This document shows, piece after piece, positions 19,985 through 28,813 of a stretch of 64,000 bases of DNA; position 1 is the first letter of the stretch, and the number at the start of each line of letters is the position of its first letter. Below the pieces are notes generated by a model, which ran no database searches, was not told the origin of the DNA, and saw nothing but the letters and a program-made list of their open reading frames with translations. The DNA lies in IMG/VR virus record IMGVR_UViG_3300015195_000005, positions 7,314 through 71,313 of that record, one strand, 5' to 3'. This stretch comes from a virus. A program made the translations under genes and the position numbers.

Positions 19985-20566
19985 TCAAGGAGTTTCGGTT
20001 ATCTCCTCTAGACCCCAAAGCTCAGAATCGTGTGGACGACGGCCATACTCCAAATTGTACTGGTCACTGGCCCTGTTCATGGCTCCATCTTCAGTATGGG
20101 CCACTACCCTGAGACTAGTGCGCTTACTACCGGGGGTTATTACCTGCACCTGCCAATCTTTGACTGGCATGGCGTTCTCCTCAACCGCCCCTGAGTTGGG
20201 ATCTACTACATCCGATTCTATACCAATTGGGATAGGAGGATAACTATACTTGCCGTCCTTGGCTTCCAAGAGGACAGTGGCCCCTGGCCGCACATAAGCT
20301 TCCACGTTCATGTAGGACAGCCGACAGAGCCCTGTTTCAGACACCGCTACTGAGATGTCCGAATACTGCCACTTGCTAACTTTATCAGCAAGCGACTTGG
20401 TTAAGTGAGCAATCTGATCGTCTGCGGCTTCAAGTTGCCGTTTCAGTTCCTGTGGTTGGCTTCTGAGATTCCTGTTCCTGCTCTGCTCTGACTCCAACTG
20501 TGCTCTCAACCCGTGGATATGGCCCTTCAACTCCCTCTTAGACCACCCCTTGTACAATTTGGTCAT
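19985..20566 (-). CDS. Hypothetical protein with N-terminal coiled coil
   Basis: 193-aa ORF directly upstream of terL. Confidence 0.6.
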   Translation of the reverse strand: MTKLYKGWSKRELKGHIHGLRAQLESEQSRNRNLRSQPQELKRQLEAADDQIAHLTKSLADKVSKWQYSDISVAVSETGLCRLSYMNVEAYVRPGATVLLEAKDGKYSYPPIPIGIESDVVDPNSGAVEENAMPVKDWQVQVITPGSKRTSLRVVAHTEDGAMNRASDQYNLEYGRRPHDSELWGLEEITETP

Positions 20567-20745
20567 CTATTCCTCTCTCTACGGTCTGTTATCTGTACCT
20601 CGATAGATATACCTTCTGGCAATAAGACACTCTTGCTGCACGCAACAGCGAACTTCTCAGCCATCTCCCGAGATAACCAGCCTTTGATGACCACTTCGTA
20701 GACTACAGGGCTCTCGCCTTGTGATCTACGATGCTGTAGATTCAT
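20563..20745 (-). CDS. Hypothetical protein
   Basis: 60-aa ORF abutting both neighbours. Confidence 0.5.
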   Translation of the reverse strand: MNLQHRRSQGESPVVYEVVIKGWLSREMAEKFAVACSKSVLLPEGISIEVQITDRRERNR

Positions 20746-21114
20746 TCATCCCCCTTCTATCTCTAACATAGCCTTATCATGCTCTGTGTGGGCCGCTATA
20801 GAACAAGCCACTAAGTAAGAAGCATATCTGATCCCATTAGCATAACTTCGTATCTCTTCTTCACTGAGCCCCTGAGCGCCATCCATCTCGATGCGATCGG
20901 CCTGTAACAACAAATCAGCAGGTATCTCCTGGGTGAACCCAACCAGACGACGGATAATATCGTTATAGCGGTCTGTAAGTTCCATCAAAGCCTCAAACAA
21001 CGCTGTCTGATCCTCTGGCTTACGATCGGGACCAACCATTCCAAATTGGAATTCCATGCTATGATGATACGCAGCAGAGTTTCGGAAACCGAGAGGAGAG
21101 CGCATGGCAGGCAT
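20746..21114 (-). CDS. Hypothetical protein
   Basis: Open frame from 21171; ATG 21114 is a plausible start; abuts the next gene. Confidence 0.55.
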   Translation of the reverse strand: MPAMRSPLGFRNSAAYHHSMEFQFGMVGPDRKPEDQTALFEALMELTDRYNDIIRRLVGFTQEIPADLLLQADRIEMDGAQGLSEEEIRSYANGIRYASYLVACSIAAHTEHDKAMLEIEGG

Positions 21115-21277
21115 CAGTCTAGTAGGCAGGCCGCACGGGTCCAAGATGGCTTCCAAGGGGCCTGGTCCCAACCGCCCCAGTTATACGCCCAATACCGGCA
21201 CCAGCCGTGGAGTCGGTGGCGGCAAGGGCAAGAGCTACGTCGGAGGCAAGCAGAAGTAGAGATACAAAGGCAATACA

Positions 21278-21314
21278 TAGAGAAGCCCACCCTGGTTGGG
21301 GGTGGGCTTCTCTA
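21278..21314. terminator. Perfect 15-bp inverted repeat, likely terminator
   Basis: TAGAGAAGCCCACCC-TGGTTGG-GGGTGGGCTTCTCTA. Confidence 0.75.
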
Positions 21315-21336
21315 GCTCTATGGACCGGAGAGGGCG

Positions 21337-21666
21337 CTAGGCGCCCGCAGGAGCCGCAGGAGCCGCTGGCGGCAAGGCAGCGGTCAAGGCCGTAACCTCA
21401 GCCTCGATAGCGTCAGCAGCAGCCTGAGTAGCCGCACCATTGCCAGCGGCAACAGCCGCCTGTAGGGATGCAACCTGAGCCGCAAGGCCAGTCTCGTTGG
21501 TAAGTGTTGCAGAAACAGCCGCTACCAGATCGGCCTCTGCCTGTGTGATGTTTGCCATATCGTGTGCTATCCCTTCTTGTTGGTTTGCCAGGTGAGATAC
21601 CTGAATGGTAAGCGCATTGACTCTATCCGTTAGATCCTGTACTTGTCTCCACATGGGGACACCCAT
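21337..21666 (-). CDS. Ala-rich coiled-coil hypothetical protein
   Basis: Heptad-rich 109 aa ending in a PAAP tail, followed by the terminator. Confidence 0.65.
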   Translation of the reverse strand: MGVPMWRQVQDLTDRVNALTIQVSHLANQQEGIAHDMANITQAEADLVAAVSATLTNETGLAAQVASLQAAVAAGNGAATQAAADAIEAEVTALTAALPPAAPAAPAGA

Positions 21667-21786
21667 CTATTGCCTGAACCGTGCCAAAATAAACATAATC
21701 AGAGCAATAATAGCAAGCACAATCAAAACTGTGAGCAAAGTGCTTTGATTGATCTTGACATCGCCCAGCAAGGCGATCAATGACAC
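21667..21786 (-). CDS. Small membrane protein (39 aa)
   Basis: Strong RBS AAAGGAGGT, GTG start, MSLIALLGDVKINQSTLLTVLIVLAIIALIMFILARFRQ; stop abuts the next ATG. Confidence 0.6.
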   Translation of the reverse strand: MSLIALLGDVKINQSTLLTVLIVLAIIALIMFILARFRQ

Positions 21787-21887
21787 GACATACCTCCTTT
21801 GTTGACCAAATATACCACCTTTCATAGCCAGCCCCAAATCATATCATATATTTCTCAAGTTGCTGTAACTACCATCGAAATATCAGC

Positions 21888-22337
21888 ATGAGACTAAAAA
21901 TGCCGTCTATCGTTATGGCAACCGCCACCGCTCTCACACTAGGCCTCGGTATGATAGCTACCCCAGCCTATGCTGGCGTAAAGCCAGTTGTCCCAGCCTG
22001 TCACAACGACACCAACCTGCCTAACAACTTTATCAACGGCAGCAAGTTTGGTGGCGATCCCAATGTTGGCCTTAAGCCGCAGGGTGGATATTACTATCTC
22101 GACCTTACGGCCTGTGGTTCTACAGTTACGTTTGCACTGGATACCACGCCGGGTTGTTGGAACTTTCAGATGTTCGACGGCCCTGATCATAACTCACCCC
22201 GCTTGGTGCATTTCAAGGTCATGCACCCCTTCACTTACACCCTTACCGGTACCATCCCTGGCCATGTCTACTCGGCAAGGGTAGACAACCTTGAAACCTT
22301 CGTTGTCACAGACCATTCCAGTATCAATAGCCCCTAA
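21888..22337 (+). CDS. Secreted protein with Sec signal peptide (moron-like)
   Basis: Basic N-region, hydrophobic core, PAYA cleavage site, three Cys; opposite strand to its neighbours. Confidence 0.65.
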   Translation: MRLKMPSIVMATATALTLGLGMIATPAYAGVKPVVPACHNDTNLPNNFINGSKFGGDPNVGLKPQGGYYYLDLTACGSTVTFALDTTPGCWNFQMFDGPDHNSPRLVHFKVMHPFTYTLTGTIPGHVYSARVDNLETFVVTDHSSINSP

Positions 22338-22526
22338 CTACGAGCGGGCATTAGCTATGACATCGTGCCACCTACGATGCGCTTCCTTGTCGATGAAGAC
22401 CACCCCACAGGCATCGCACACTTTCATCAGTTTCAGAAACTCTGTGTCCTGCTCCAATGTACGATAGCTCAGACCTGTGATAGTCATTTTGGGCCATCCT
22501 AGTGCTCGTCGGGACGGATACGCCAA
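22338..22526 (-). CDS. Small zinc-binding protein
   Basis: CDACG...AHRRWH, a C2H2-like motif. Confidence 0.55.
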   Translation of the reverse strand: MAYPSRRALGWPKMTITGLSYRTLEQDTEFLKLMKVCDACGVVFIDKEAHRRWHDVIANARS

Positions 22527-22720
22527 GCCCTGACTGTACTACCCCTGTGGATGGCCAATGGATATTGCAATCCCTCCACTTGAACCAAAACTGTATACCC
22601 ATCGGGTGCGACACGGGTACTGAGGACTTTTCGGTTCCCATCAGGGACATCCAGAGTGCTGGTTTCCAGCACGTCATTAGAGCGTAATTTGGCCGGTGGA
22701 ACCTCCATAAAGTCCATCAA
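22499..22720 (-). CDS. Hypothetical protein (SH3-like)
   Basis: PAKLRSNDVL pattern; 73 aa. Confidence 0.5.
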   Translation of the reverse strand: MMDFMEVPPAKLRSNDVLETSTLDVPDGNRKVLSTRVAPDGYTVLVQVEGLQYPLAIHRGSTVRAWRIRPDEH

Positions 22721-22769
22721 AAGCCTCCAGAAGTCGAAATAAATGGCTAAAACAGGTCAAAAAAGCAGA

Positions 22770-23021
22770 TTATAGGGTTGTTTCTCTCACAGAGGCCCCA
22801 GAGGACAGAAACCCCTCCTTTTCAGCCAGATAAGTGACTGCTTTTAGGGCTACATCCACATATTCGAGGGTTGGAGTCTTAGTTGTCTCCTGACCGGGCA
22901 CATATACCGCCCACACAGCCAATCTCATTGACCTTGGCAGCATGTACCAGTGTTTTTTACACATAAATAGATTTTCAGGGGTTATGACATTGCACCGAAG
23001 AGCGTGACAGGTATGGTTCAC
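22770..23021 (-). CDS. Small zinc-binding phage protein
   Basis: CHALRC...MCKKHWYMLP motif common in phage small ORFs. Confidence 0.65.
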   Translation of the reverse strand: MNHTCHALRCNVITPENLFMCKKHWYMLPRSMRLAVWAVYVPGQETTKTPTLEYVDVALKAVTYLAEKEGFLSSGASVRETTL

Positions 23022-23260
23022 GGCCTCTGATCCTTATAGATCATGCTGGACACTACACCACCTGTAACAAATCCCAAAAGGATCAAGACAATGACTCCTG
23101 CCTTGCCAAATATCTCCCACACTATGAGTGCTAGAACCAACCAAGACCCAACGGTAAAGCAGAACAGCACAAATGGTGTCAGATTGGTGAAATAGCTCTT
23201 ACTCACGCTATATGTTCCTTTCATCGGCATGCCCTGTGATCTGACGGTGGTGTAACTCAC
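23018..23260 (-). CDS. Small two-helix membrane protein
   Basis: Two hydrophobic stretches; overlaps the next gene. Confidence 0.5.
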   Translation of the reverse strand: MSYTTVRSQGMPMKGTYSVSKSYFTNLTPFVLFCFTVGSWLVLALIVWEIFGKAGVIVLILLGFVTGGVVSSMIYKDQRP

Positions 23261-23393
23261 ACAGACCGAGCCCAGTGGCCCCTGGACGCCCGCACGAGTC
23301 CCTGTTGACAGGCCACAGAGGACTTGCCCAACATTCCGGCAGATCGTGGGACAGAGGGTCAGGGCGCCATGTCATTGCATTGTACCCGTTCAT
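23208..23393 (-). CDS. Small zinc-binding protein
   Basis: ECW...SCG...LCELHH. Confidence 0.45.
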   Translation of the reverse strand: MNGYNAMTWRPDPLSHDLPECWASPLWPVNRDSCGRPGATGLGLCELHHRQITGHADERNI

Positions 23394-23434
23394 CTAATCA
23401 GTCTAGTTTGCTTACTTCGTTCGCCTGTAACTCG

Positions 23435-23668
23435 TCAACAGCACGATTGCTGCGCCTCTTTGACTGTGACATTCTGAGTCTTGTTCAGATCACCCCTGTT
23501 TATCAGTGAGAGCAGGTGAAGTGGGGCGGAAGAGTGGGTCCAGTTGACTATCCAAGGATCAGGGTAAAGGGCCGTCAGAGCGTTGACTATCTCATGGCCC
23601 TTGTCTGAGTCCCATTGGATACCTTGAACGACGGCGTTCTTCTTACGGAGTGTCTGCATGGGATACAT
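23435..23668 (-). CDS. Hypothetical protein
   Basis: First ORF of the leftward operon after the AT-rich gap. Confidence 0.45.
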   Translation of the reverse strand: MYPMQTLRKKNAVVQGIQWDSDKGHEIVNALTALYPDPWIVNWTHSSAPLHLLSLINRGDLNKTQNVTVKEAQQSCC

Positions 23669-23787
23669 GATACGTTAGTACTACCTAAGATAAGCAAACG
23701 GGACTTGTATATCCACCTAGAGACTCCAACTGGGATTCCCACATGGAGACAAGTACCTATCATTCACTTTGTTCACATACTTCGTAT

Positions 23788-23958
23788 CTATCCCTTTCTT
23801 ACATAACTTATCACTTCGTTTCTTCGATCTATTGATATCTCCTATTTCTATTGTCTATCCCTTTCTTACATAACTTATATATCTATCTAACCAATAACTA
23901 CTATCGCTAATCAACTTGTTATATAACTTATATATTGATATCTCCTATTTCTATTGTC
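23788..23958. repeat. AT-rich interleaved direct repeats
   Basis: CTATCCCTTTCTTACATAACTTAT at 23788 and 23855; ATTGATATCTCCTATTTCTATTGTC at 23831 and 23934; three ATAACTTAT copies. Confidence 0.9.
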
Positions 23959-24014
23959 CCTGTTTAATCTACTATCCGCAAGACTATAGAAACACGACCT
24001 ACTGCTACTGACTG

Positions 24015-24048
24015 CATAGTGTAGTTACCCCATTGTAACTACACTATG
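24015..24048. repeat. Perfect 14-bp inverted repeat with 6-bp spacer
   Basis: CATAGTGTAGTTAC-CCCATT-GTAACTACACTATG; a related site lies at 27621-27661. Confidence 0.85.
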
Positions 24049-24082
24049 AGTACGGGTCAGTAAGTTAGGACCAGTCAAGTAC

Positions 24083-24236
24083 AGACTGATCGGCCAATCG
24101 CTTAGCCTCAAGTGCTGCAACGAAACATCCCAAGGAGGATGTCGGATCAGTAGCACTGGCTACCAAACGGTCGAAAGCGTAAGCTTTACGTGGGATCATG
24201 GGTCAGTCTCCAGTCTGGAGCCCCTCAGGGCTCCGG
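24083..24236 (+). ncRNA. Candidate structured non-coding RNA plus terminal hairpin
   Basis: Nested helices 24083-91/24201-09, 24103-07/24158-62, 24111-18/24150-57, 24125-30/24137-42 and hairpin 24215-36. The G-U pairs work only on the + strand. Confidence 0.4.
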
Positions 24237-24312
24237 TAGTGTCACAGGATGATGGCATAGGGGAACTATGAGTAATGGCGAGTGTAACCCGTAGTGGGCC
24301 ACGCTCTTATAT

Positions 24313-25125
24313 TCAGTCTGACAATAGACCTAGGCTACGCAGATGATCTGTTACGAACCTATCTGCGTCTGGCACGTCTGAGGATGACCGTAACGACGGA
24401 AGATAGATCGTACCGTCAGGTAGATCATGTTCGCAGTCTGTCGGTAAGCCATACCCTTTGCCCAGGCCAAACGACAAATGCATGTTAGCAGGCATGGCGA
24501 ACGATTCCATGAACCCGAGTCGCCTAAGCATGGCAGGGTGGCCATAAGCGAAAGCAATACGTTCAGGGTCAACCAGATCATGAGCGCCTTTAACCAGTAC
24601 CCGCACGTAAGAGAAATGGCCATTGCGAGATTCTGAGGATAGGTCCGCCCATAGCTCAGTCTCATGGCCGGTAGCCTCAAGTGCTAATGCAAGTGCCGTG
24701 ATGGCAGCACCGCGCTTAAAGGCACTCTCACTTGAGATAGCGCCAGAGTACGAAACACTGGCAACCAGAGTAACTACCCTGCCAACTCTGCTGATCGGTG
24801 GCATTTCGTACTCAACCATGCACTCTGGCATACCGGCCAGATACCGGCCTACGTCAACTTGACCGCCAACAACGTCATGATATGACTCGAACGTCTGGGC
24901 AGGATGTTCACGCTCAACCAGGGCCAGAGCATTATTCACTATCTCAGTAGCCTTGGTAAGTCCGTCGGCCCAACCGTTAGAGGCTAGACCGAAAGCTTCT
25001 TCGCAGGTAGCACCGGCCCATTCGTCCCGATTCTTAGTAAAGGTGGCTTGTCGTCCGAGATATTCGACGTTGGCAACGTCGGCAAACTCTGCCAACGATT
25101 GATAAGTACGGCGGGTGATAGTCAT
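24313..25125 (-). CDS. vWA/CobT-like partner of AAA+ ATPase
   Basis: DVVGGQVDVGRYLAGMPECM and VVTLVASVSYSG...RGAA motifs of phage vWA-like proteins; next to a MoxR-type AAA. Confidence 0.7.
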   Translation of the reverse strand: MTITRRTYQSLAEFADVANVEYLGRQATFTKNRDEWAGATCEEAFGLASNGWADGLTKATEIVNNALALVEREHPAQTFESYHDVVGGQVDVGRYLAGMPECMVEYEMPPISRVGRVVTLVASVSYSGAISSESAFKRGAAITALALALEATGHETELWADLSSESRNGHFSYVRVLVKGAHDLVDPERIAFAYGHPAMLRRLGFMESFAMPANMHLSFGLGKGYGLPTDCEHDLPDGTIYLPSLRSSSDVPDADRFVTDHLRSLGLLSD

Positions 25126-25340
25126 GACGAATAGTAAAAACGTCGGGATTCATCCATACCGGCAACGTATCCACCGATATAGTTGAAACCATGATAGTTG
25201 CCGGTATCCATAAGGATACGCTCCAACATGGATGCAACAGCCATGCGGGATTCAGCAGATACCGCATGGGTCGAATTGGCAAGCATGTTGTTTGCCATCG
25301 ACAATACCGCCGATACCTCTATTGTCTTACGCTGTTTCAT
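25122..25340 (-). CDS. Hypothetical protein
   Basis: 72 aa; LERILMDTGNYHGFNY; overlaps the next start. Confidence 0.65.
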   Translation of the reverse strand: MKQRKTIEVSAVLSMANNMLANSTHAVSAESRMAVASMLERILMDTGNYHGFNYIGGYVAGMDESRRFYYSS

Positions 25341-25410
25341 TTGGTGCCTTTCTTATTTGGGTTAGGAATTCAGCACGGGAGCGATAGTTAGTCGCTCCCG
25401 CACTCAACCA

Positions 25411-26673
25411 CTAAGCTGGAATGGTTACGTCTGTTGTGACCTTGCGCCAATCGGCATCCGAAATACCCTTGCGAACCCTCATGGCGATAACCTCAGTCAT
25501 TGTGAATCCGCCTTTAAGTAGTTTGGCACCGAAGATACATGCCCGCGGACTGAAGATCACTTGCATTTTATGTGCTTCAGCCTTGACACGTAGCGCACGA
25601 ACAAATGTGATCAGGCTATCGGTGACATGAGTGTCGGCGCCCTGGCCATGAGCGATCAAATGCTCTAGCGTTTCATCGACAGGCACCGTAACGGTAGCAA
25701 ACCTGTCAAGCGTAGCGCCGTCAATCTGCAAGCGGCCGACGTAGATACGGTCCGGGCCGGTACCGTAAGTGTTAGCCGCCGCGGCCATATGACAGTCCGC
25801 ATGTTTCGTGACCATACCATCGGGGAATGCCATATGGCCATTGGCCATAGCCATGTTTACTTTCCCCAGTGTGGAAGGATGTCCGTTATCTACTTCGTCA
25901 AACAGGAATACCCCACCATGTTCGTAAAAGTCACGAAACATGGTTCGGACATAGTTACCGTTAGCATCCATATATCCGACCAATTCGGAGACTGGCATGG
26001 TTGGTGTCAGTGAAACAGCGCCGAACCGTAGGCTAAGTGCCATTGCGCAATTCTCCGCGATAGTGGACTTGCCAGTACCTGCCGGACCGGTCATCCACAC
26101 ATTATCGCCGGACAGTAGAACCTTAAGCACGGCAGGCATAACCTCGTGCACGGCATTGGGGAGCGTAACTGTCGTACCGGCTGCCATGTCGTTAATCGTG
26201 ATCACGGTCGGCAAGGATAGGGCGGCAAATTTACCGTCAATCACTGTTGCGACCGTATCCAACAGGGCCGAAGAGTGCTCGTTGGTAACAGCTTCAGCGA
26301 TGGTGCGGACCGCACTTTCGTCAAGCGTGGCGCCGATCAGGGTCCGTAACGTGTCGATCAAGCTTGACTCTGACTCTGACACGACAGGTGCCGATACGGC
26401 AAGCGGCGGGATGATAGCGGCCGGATAAGGTACCGGGGCATCATCTGTATTGTAGATAGGTGTAGCCGGTACGGCCGTTGGGAACGTCGAGCACGTATGC
26501 CTAGCGCCAGCTTCGTCACATAGCACCCACGAAGCATGGGTGCCGTTAGCCTCGCATGTTGACTCTGCGCACCGATTACCGAAGGGCCGCTCAGTATCAT
26601 GAAACCAGTAATACGATCGGACGCCGCAACGCTTGCACTTGTTGGACCGTTGGGAGTGCTTGACCATAGACAT
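25411..26673 (-). CDS. MoxR/CbbQ/CobS-type AAA+ ATPase with N-terminal zinc-ribbon region
   Basis: Walker A GPAGTGKS, Walker B FLFDEVD, AAANTYG, DGATLDRF; N-terminal CKRCG. Confidence 0.9.
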   Translation of the reverse strand: MSMVKHSQRSNKCKRCGVRSYYWFHDTERPFGNRCAESTCEANGTHASWVLCDEAGARHTCSTFPTAVPATPIYNTDDAPVPYPAAIIPPLAVSAPVVSESESSLIDTLRTLIGATLDESAVRTIAEAVTNEHSSALLDTVATVIDGKFAALSLPTVITINDMAAGTTVTLPNAVHEVMPAVLKVLLSGDNVWMTGPAGTGKSTIAENCAMALSLRFGAVSLTPTMPVSELVGYMDANGNYVRTMFRDFYEHGGVFLFDEVDNGHPSTLGKVNMAMANGHMAFPDGMVTKHADCHMAAAANTYGTGPDRIYVGRLQIDGATLDRFATVTVPVDETLEHLIAHGQGADTHVTDSLITFVRALRVKAEAHKMQVIFSPRACIFGAKLLKGGFTMTEVIAMRVRKGISDADWRKVTTDVTIPA

Positions 26674-26678
26674 TGTGA

Positions 26679-26846
26679 CTACTTTCCAAAGCCGTAGGAT
26701 GTGACGAACATGGCAAATCGTAGGTGATAGGCGAATTCGGCGATACTGGCCGATACCGTATTCTGATGGGTAACGCGGTGCTCTGCGATCATGGCATCAT
26801 GAGCCCTAATCCCGATCTCATGGTCTATCCGAAGATAGTTGCTCAT
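26679..26846 (-). CDS. Small hypothetical protein (55 aa)
   Basis: Own translation MSNYLRIDHEIG...SYGFGK; ATGA overlap with the upstream ORF. Confidence 0.5.
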   Translation of the reverse strand: MSNYLRIDHEIGIRAHDAMIAEHRVTHQNTVSASIAEFAYHLRFAMFVTSYGFGK

Positions 26847-26965
26847 GATGCGAACCTTGCCGCACGGGTGATAAGTGCGAGGTTGCGACGGTAGATACGC
26901 TCTGTATCCTGCTTGGCCAACATGGCAAGCATGTTGTCTATTGCTGTTGACTGCTCTTTGCTCAT
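26843..26965 (-). CDS. Small hypothetical protein (40 aa)
   Basis: RBS GAAGGA; MSKEQSTAIDNMLAMLAKQDTERIYRRNLALITRAARFAS. Confidence 0.5.
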   Translation of the reverse strand: MSKEQSTAIDNMLAMLAKQDTERIYRRNLALITRAARFAS

Positions 26966-27233
26966 GGCGTGTCCTTCGTAGTGGTTAGTAGTTGTTCGGG
27001 TCTATCTGATTTATCCCGACTTAGTAGAGTCTGCCCAACTTCGTAGTCTTTTTTCCGGGAGACTTCTCCCGCCCGCCACCTTTACCAGCTACCTAACTGG
27101 TCGCCATGACTAGGCGAGGTCTTTCGGAAGACCCATCCGGGGCTAAGTGCGCTAGACCGTACTCTGCGCATCCGTGCTTGCAACATGAGTATCGCTCATA
27201 GTTCGGCTATACCTTAGCTAAATTGGGAAATAC

Positions 27234-27278
27234 TTATCCACAGATGTTATCCACAGGATGTTGATAAGCTGTGGATAA
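27234..27278. promoter_or_regulatory. DnaA-box cluster 1 (4 boxes)
   Basis: TTATCCACA 27234 and 27247, TGTTGATAA 27259 (1 mismatch), TGTGGATAA 27270. Confidence 0.8.
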
Positions 27279-27620
27279 CTGCCATACCTGTAGTACAGCT
27301 ATACCGGGGGAACACTCAAAGACAGGGGCTCACAGGGCCTACGATGCCCCATAAGGTCACGAAACAGGATTAATGGCGCCTAGGACCATGTTCGCTAGAT
27401 TGCCCTGAGGGGGGCTTATATGAGGATATGAGCCGGGCATGCCTGCCAAGCCTCAGTTATCTGACCAAATCTGACCGATACAGGGCTCAGATGGGCCATA
27501 TATATGTTATGAAAGTACACGATAAGCGGTAGACCGATTTGCACGGCTCAAATTTGATCGTTGGTAGGCCATGTTGCAGGGTCACCCGGCAGGATCTAAG
27601 TGAGCAGTAAGACCCTAACC

Positions 27621-27661
27621 AGTGTAGTTACATAGGGTGTAACTACTCGCCATGTAACTAC
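27621..27661. repeat. GTAGTTAC-N7-GTAACTAC inverted repeat plus third half-site
   Basis: Shares AGTGTAGTTAC with the 24015 site; extra GTAACTAC at 27654. Confidence 0.75.
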
Positions 27662-27789
27662 ATGTCGCCTGTTAGATCCTTAAATCAGATCGGTCTAAGA
27701 CTTGACTCTTGCTTGCATTATGCAAGTATGTCAATATGGCCGATCCTCTAGCTTCGATCCCGGCAAGTACCGGTGATAGCTGGCCGGAC

Positions 27790-27843
27790 TTATCCACAGG
27801 GTTATCAACAGGGGTGTGGACAACTATCTCATCCTGTGGATAA
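27790..27843. promoter_or_regulatory. DnaA-box cluster 2 (4 boxes), followed by AT-rich DNA
   Basis: TTATCCACA 27790, TTATCAACA 27802, TGTGGACAA 27815, TGTGGATAA 27835. Confidence 0.8.
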
Positions 27844-28324
27844 CTCTGGATGAGATACTAGATAGTGAAAAAGGACAAAATAGGACATTGGAGCAACTTC
27901 CATAATGCGTTTTGGCTATCTGCGGTACAAAATCGGTATTTTGATGAACATAAGTACCTATTATCTCACTCAAAGTAAGTGGTATTAGGTCGGTTGCCGA
28001 TCATATATCGCCAGATAACCCTCATTTTCACCATAAAGAGGGGGAATAATGGGGTAAATAGTAAGTAGACATAGATAGAGTGACTGATATCCATCTGGAA
28101 TACGTGTATAGATACCTATACGCTACAAGGTAGTCTCTCTCTACTACTCCCGAGGTAAGGTATACATCCCGTTTTATTATAGATAATAGTACTTTGATGT
28201 GTTTCTATCTACATAGGGGGCTTCGCCATTGTGACTTCCTATGTGGAGCCTGGTATACAAGGGAGACTGGAGAAGATAGAGCCCATTTTGTTAGAGTAGG
28301 TATGACTCTACTATGGATATATGA

Positions 28325-28558
28325 ATGGCAGTGTCCTCGGAGACGTACTATGGGGGTATGACACTTTCCCTGTTCAAAGACCTTGGGCATGGTGATGAGG
28401 TAACGATCACTACCCGGCACGGTGACCAGTTTGGGGGCCATATACAGCACCCTGACCAGATACAGCACACGGTCTGTCTCAAGCCCGCATTCGGTCAAGG
28501 TAGATACCACTGGGTAGTAGTCAATGAGATAACCGCTATCACTAAATACGTCAAGTAG
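28325..28558 (+). CDS. Small hypothetical protein (Sm/SH3-like)
   Basis: LGHGDEVTITTRHG...G.I pattern; start may be ATG 28358. Confidence 0.5.
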   Translation: MAVSSETYYGGMTLSLFKDLGHGDEVTITTRHGDQFGGHIQHPDQIQHTVCLKPAFGQGRYHWVVVNEITAITKYVK

Positions 28559-28813
28559 CCGTCTAATTCAGGGATGGTCTTACGGATGGTCACATCCCGT
28601 TTTCCGAAAATCCAGCCAGTGGGTGTGCTGTCACGCCAAAGGGAAGCTCGGCCTTACCAGTTACGGGGTGCTCTGCTACTATCCACGTCCTCCACAAAGG
28701 TAATTCGGCATCGGTACAAGTCCTAGCCGTCTGCCCTATTCGTGGCGCTTCGTCCCACTCTTTAACGGGTGGCTGCTTCTAAGCCTACCGTCCCACTACC
28801 TTAAACCTTACAG

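Noticed and set aside
21114-21278. 54-aa Cys/Trp-rich minus-strand ORF (MYCLCISTSACLRR...) with TGATG coupling to the next gene
   Set aside because: Its ATG abuts the terminator hairpin with no RBS, and another frame is also open, so it cannot be supported.
24085-24126. Hammerhead-like CTGAT...CGAAAC
   Set aside because: The core reads CTGATCG, not CTGANGA, and stems I-III cannot be built.
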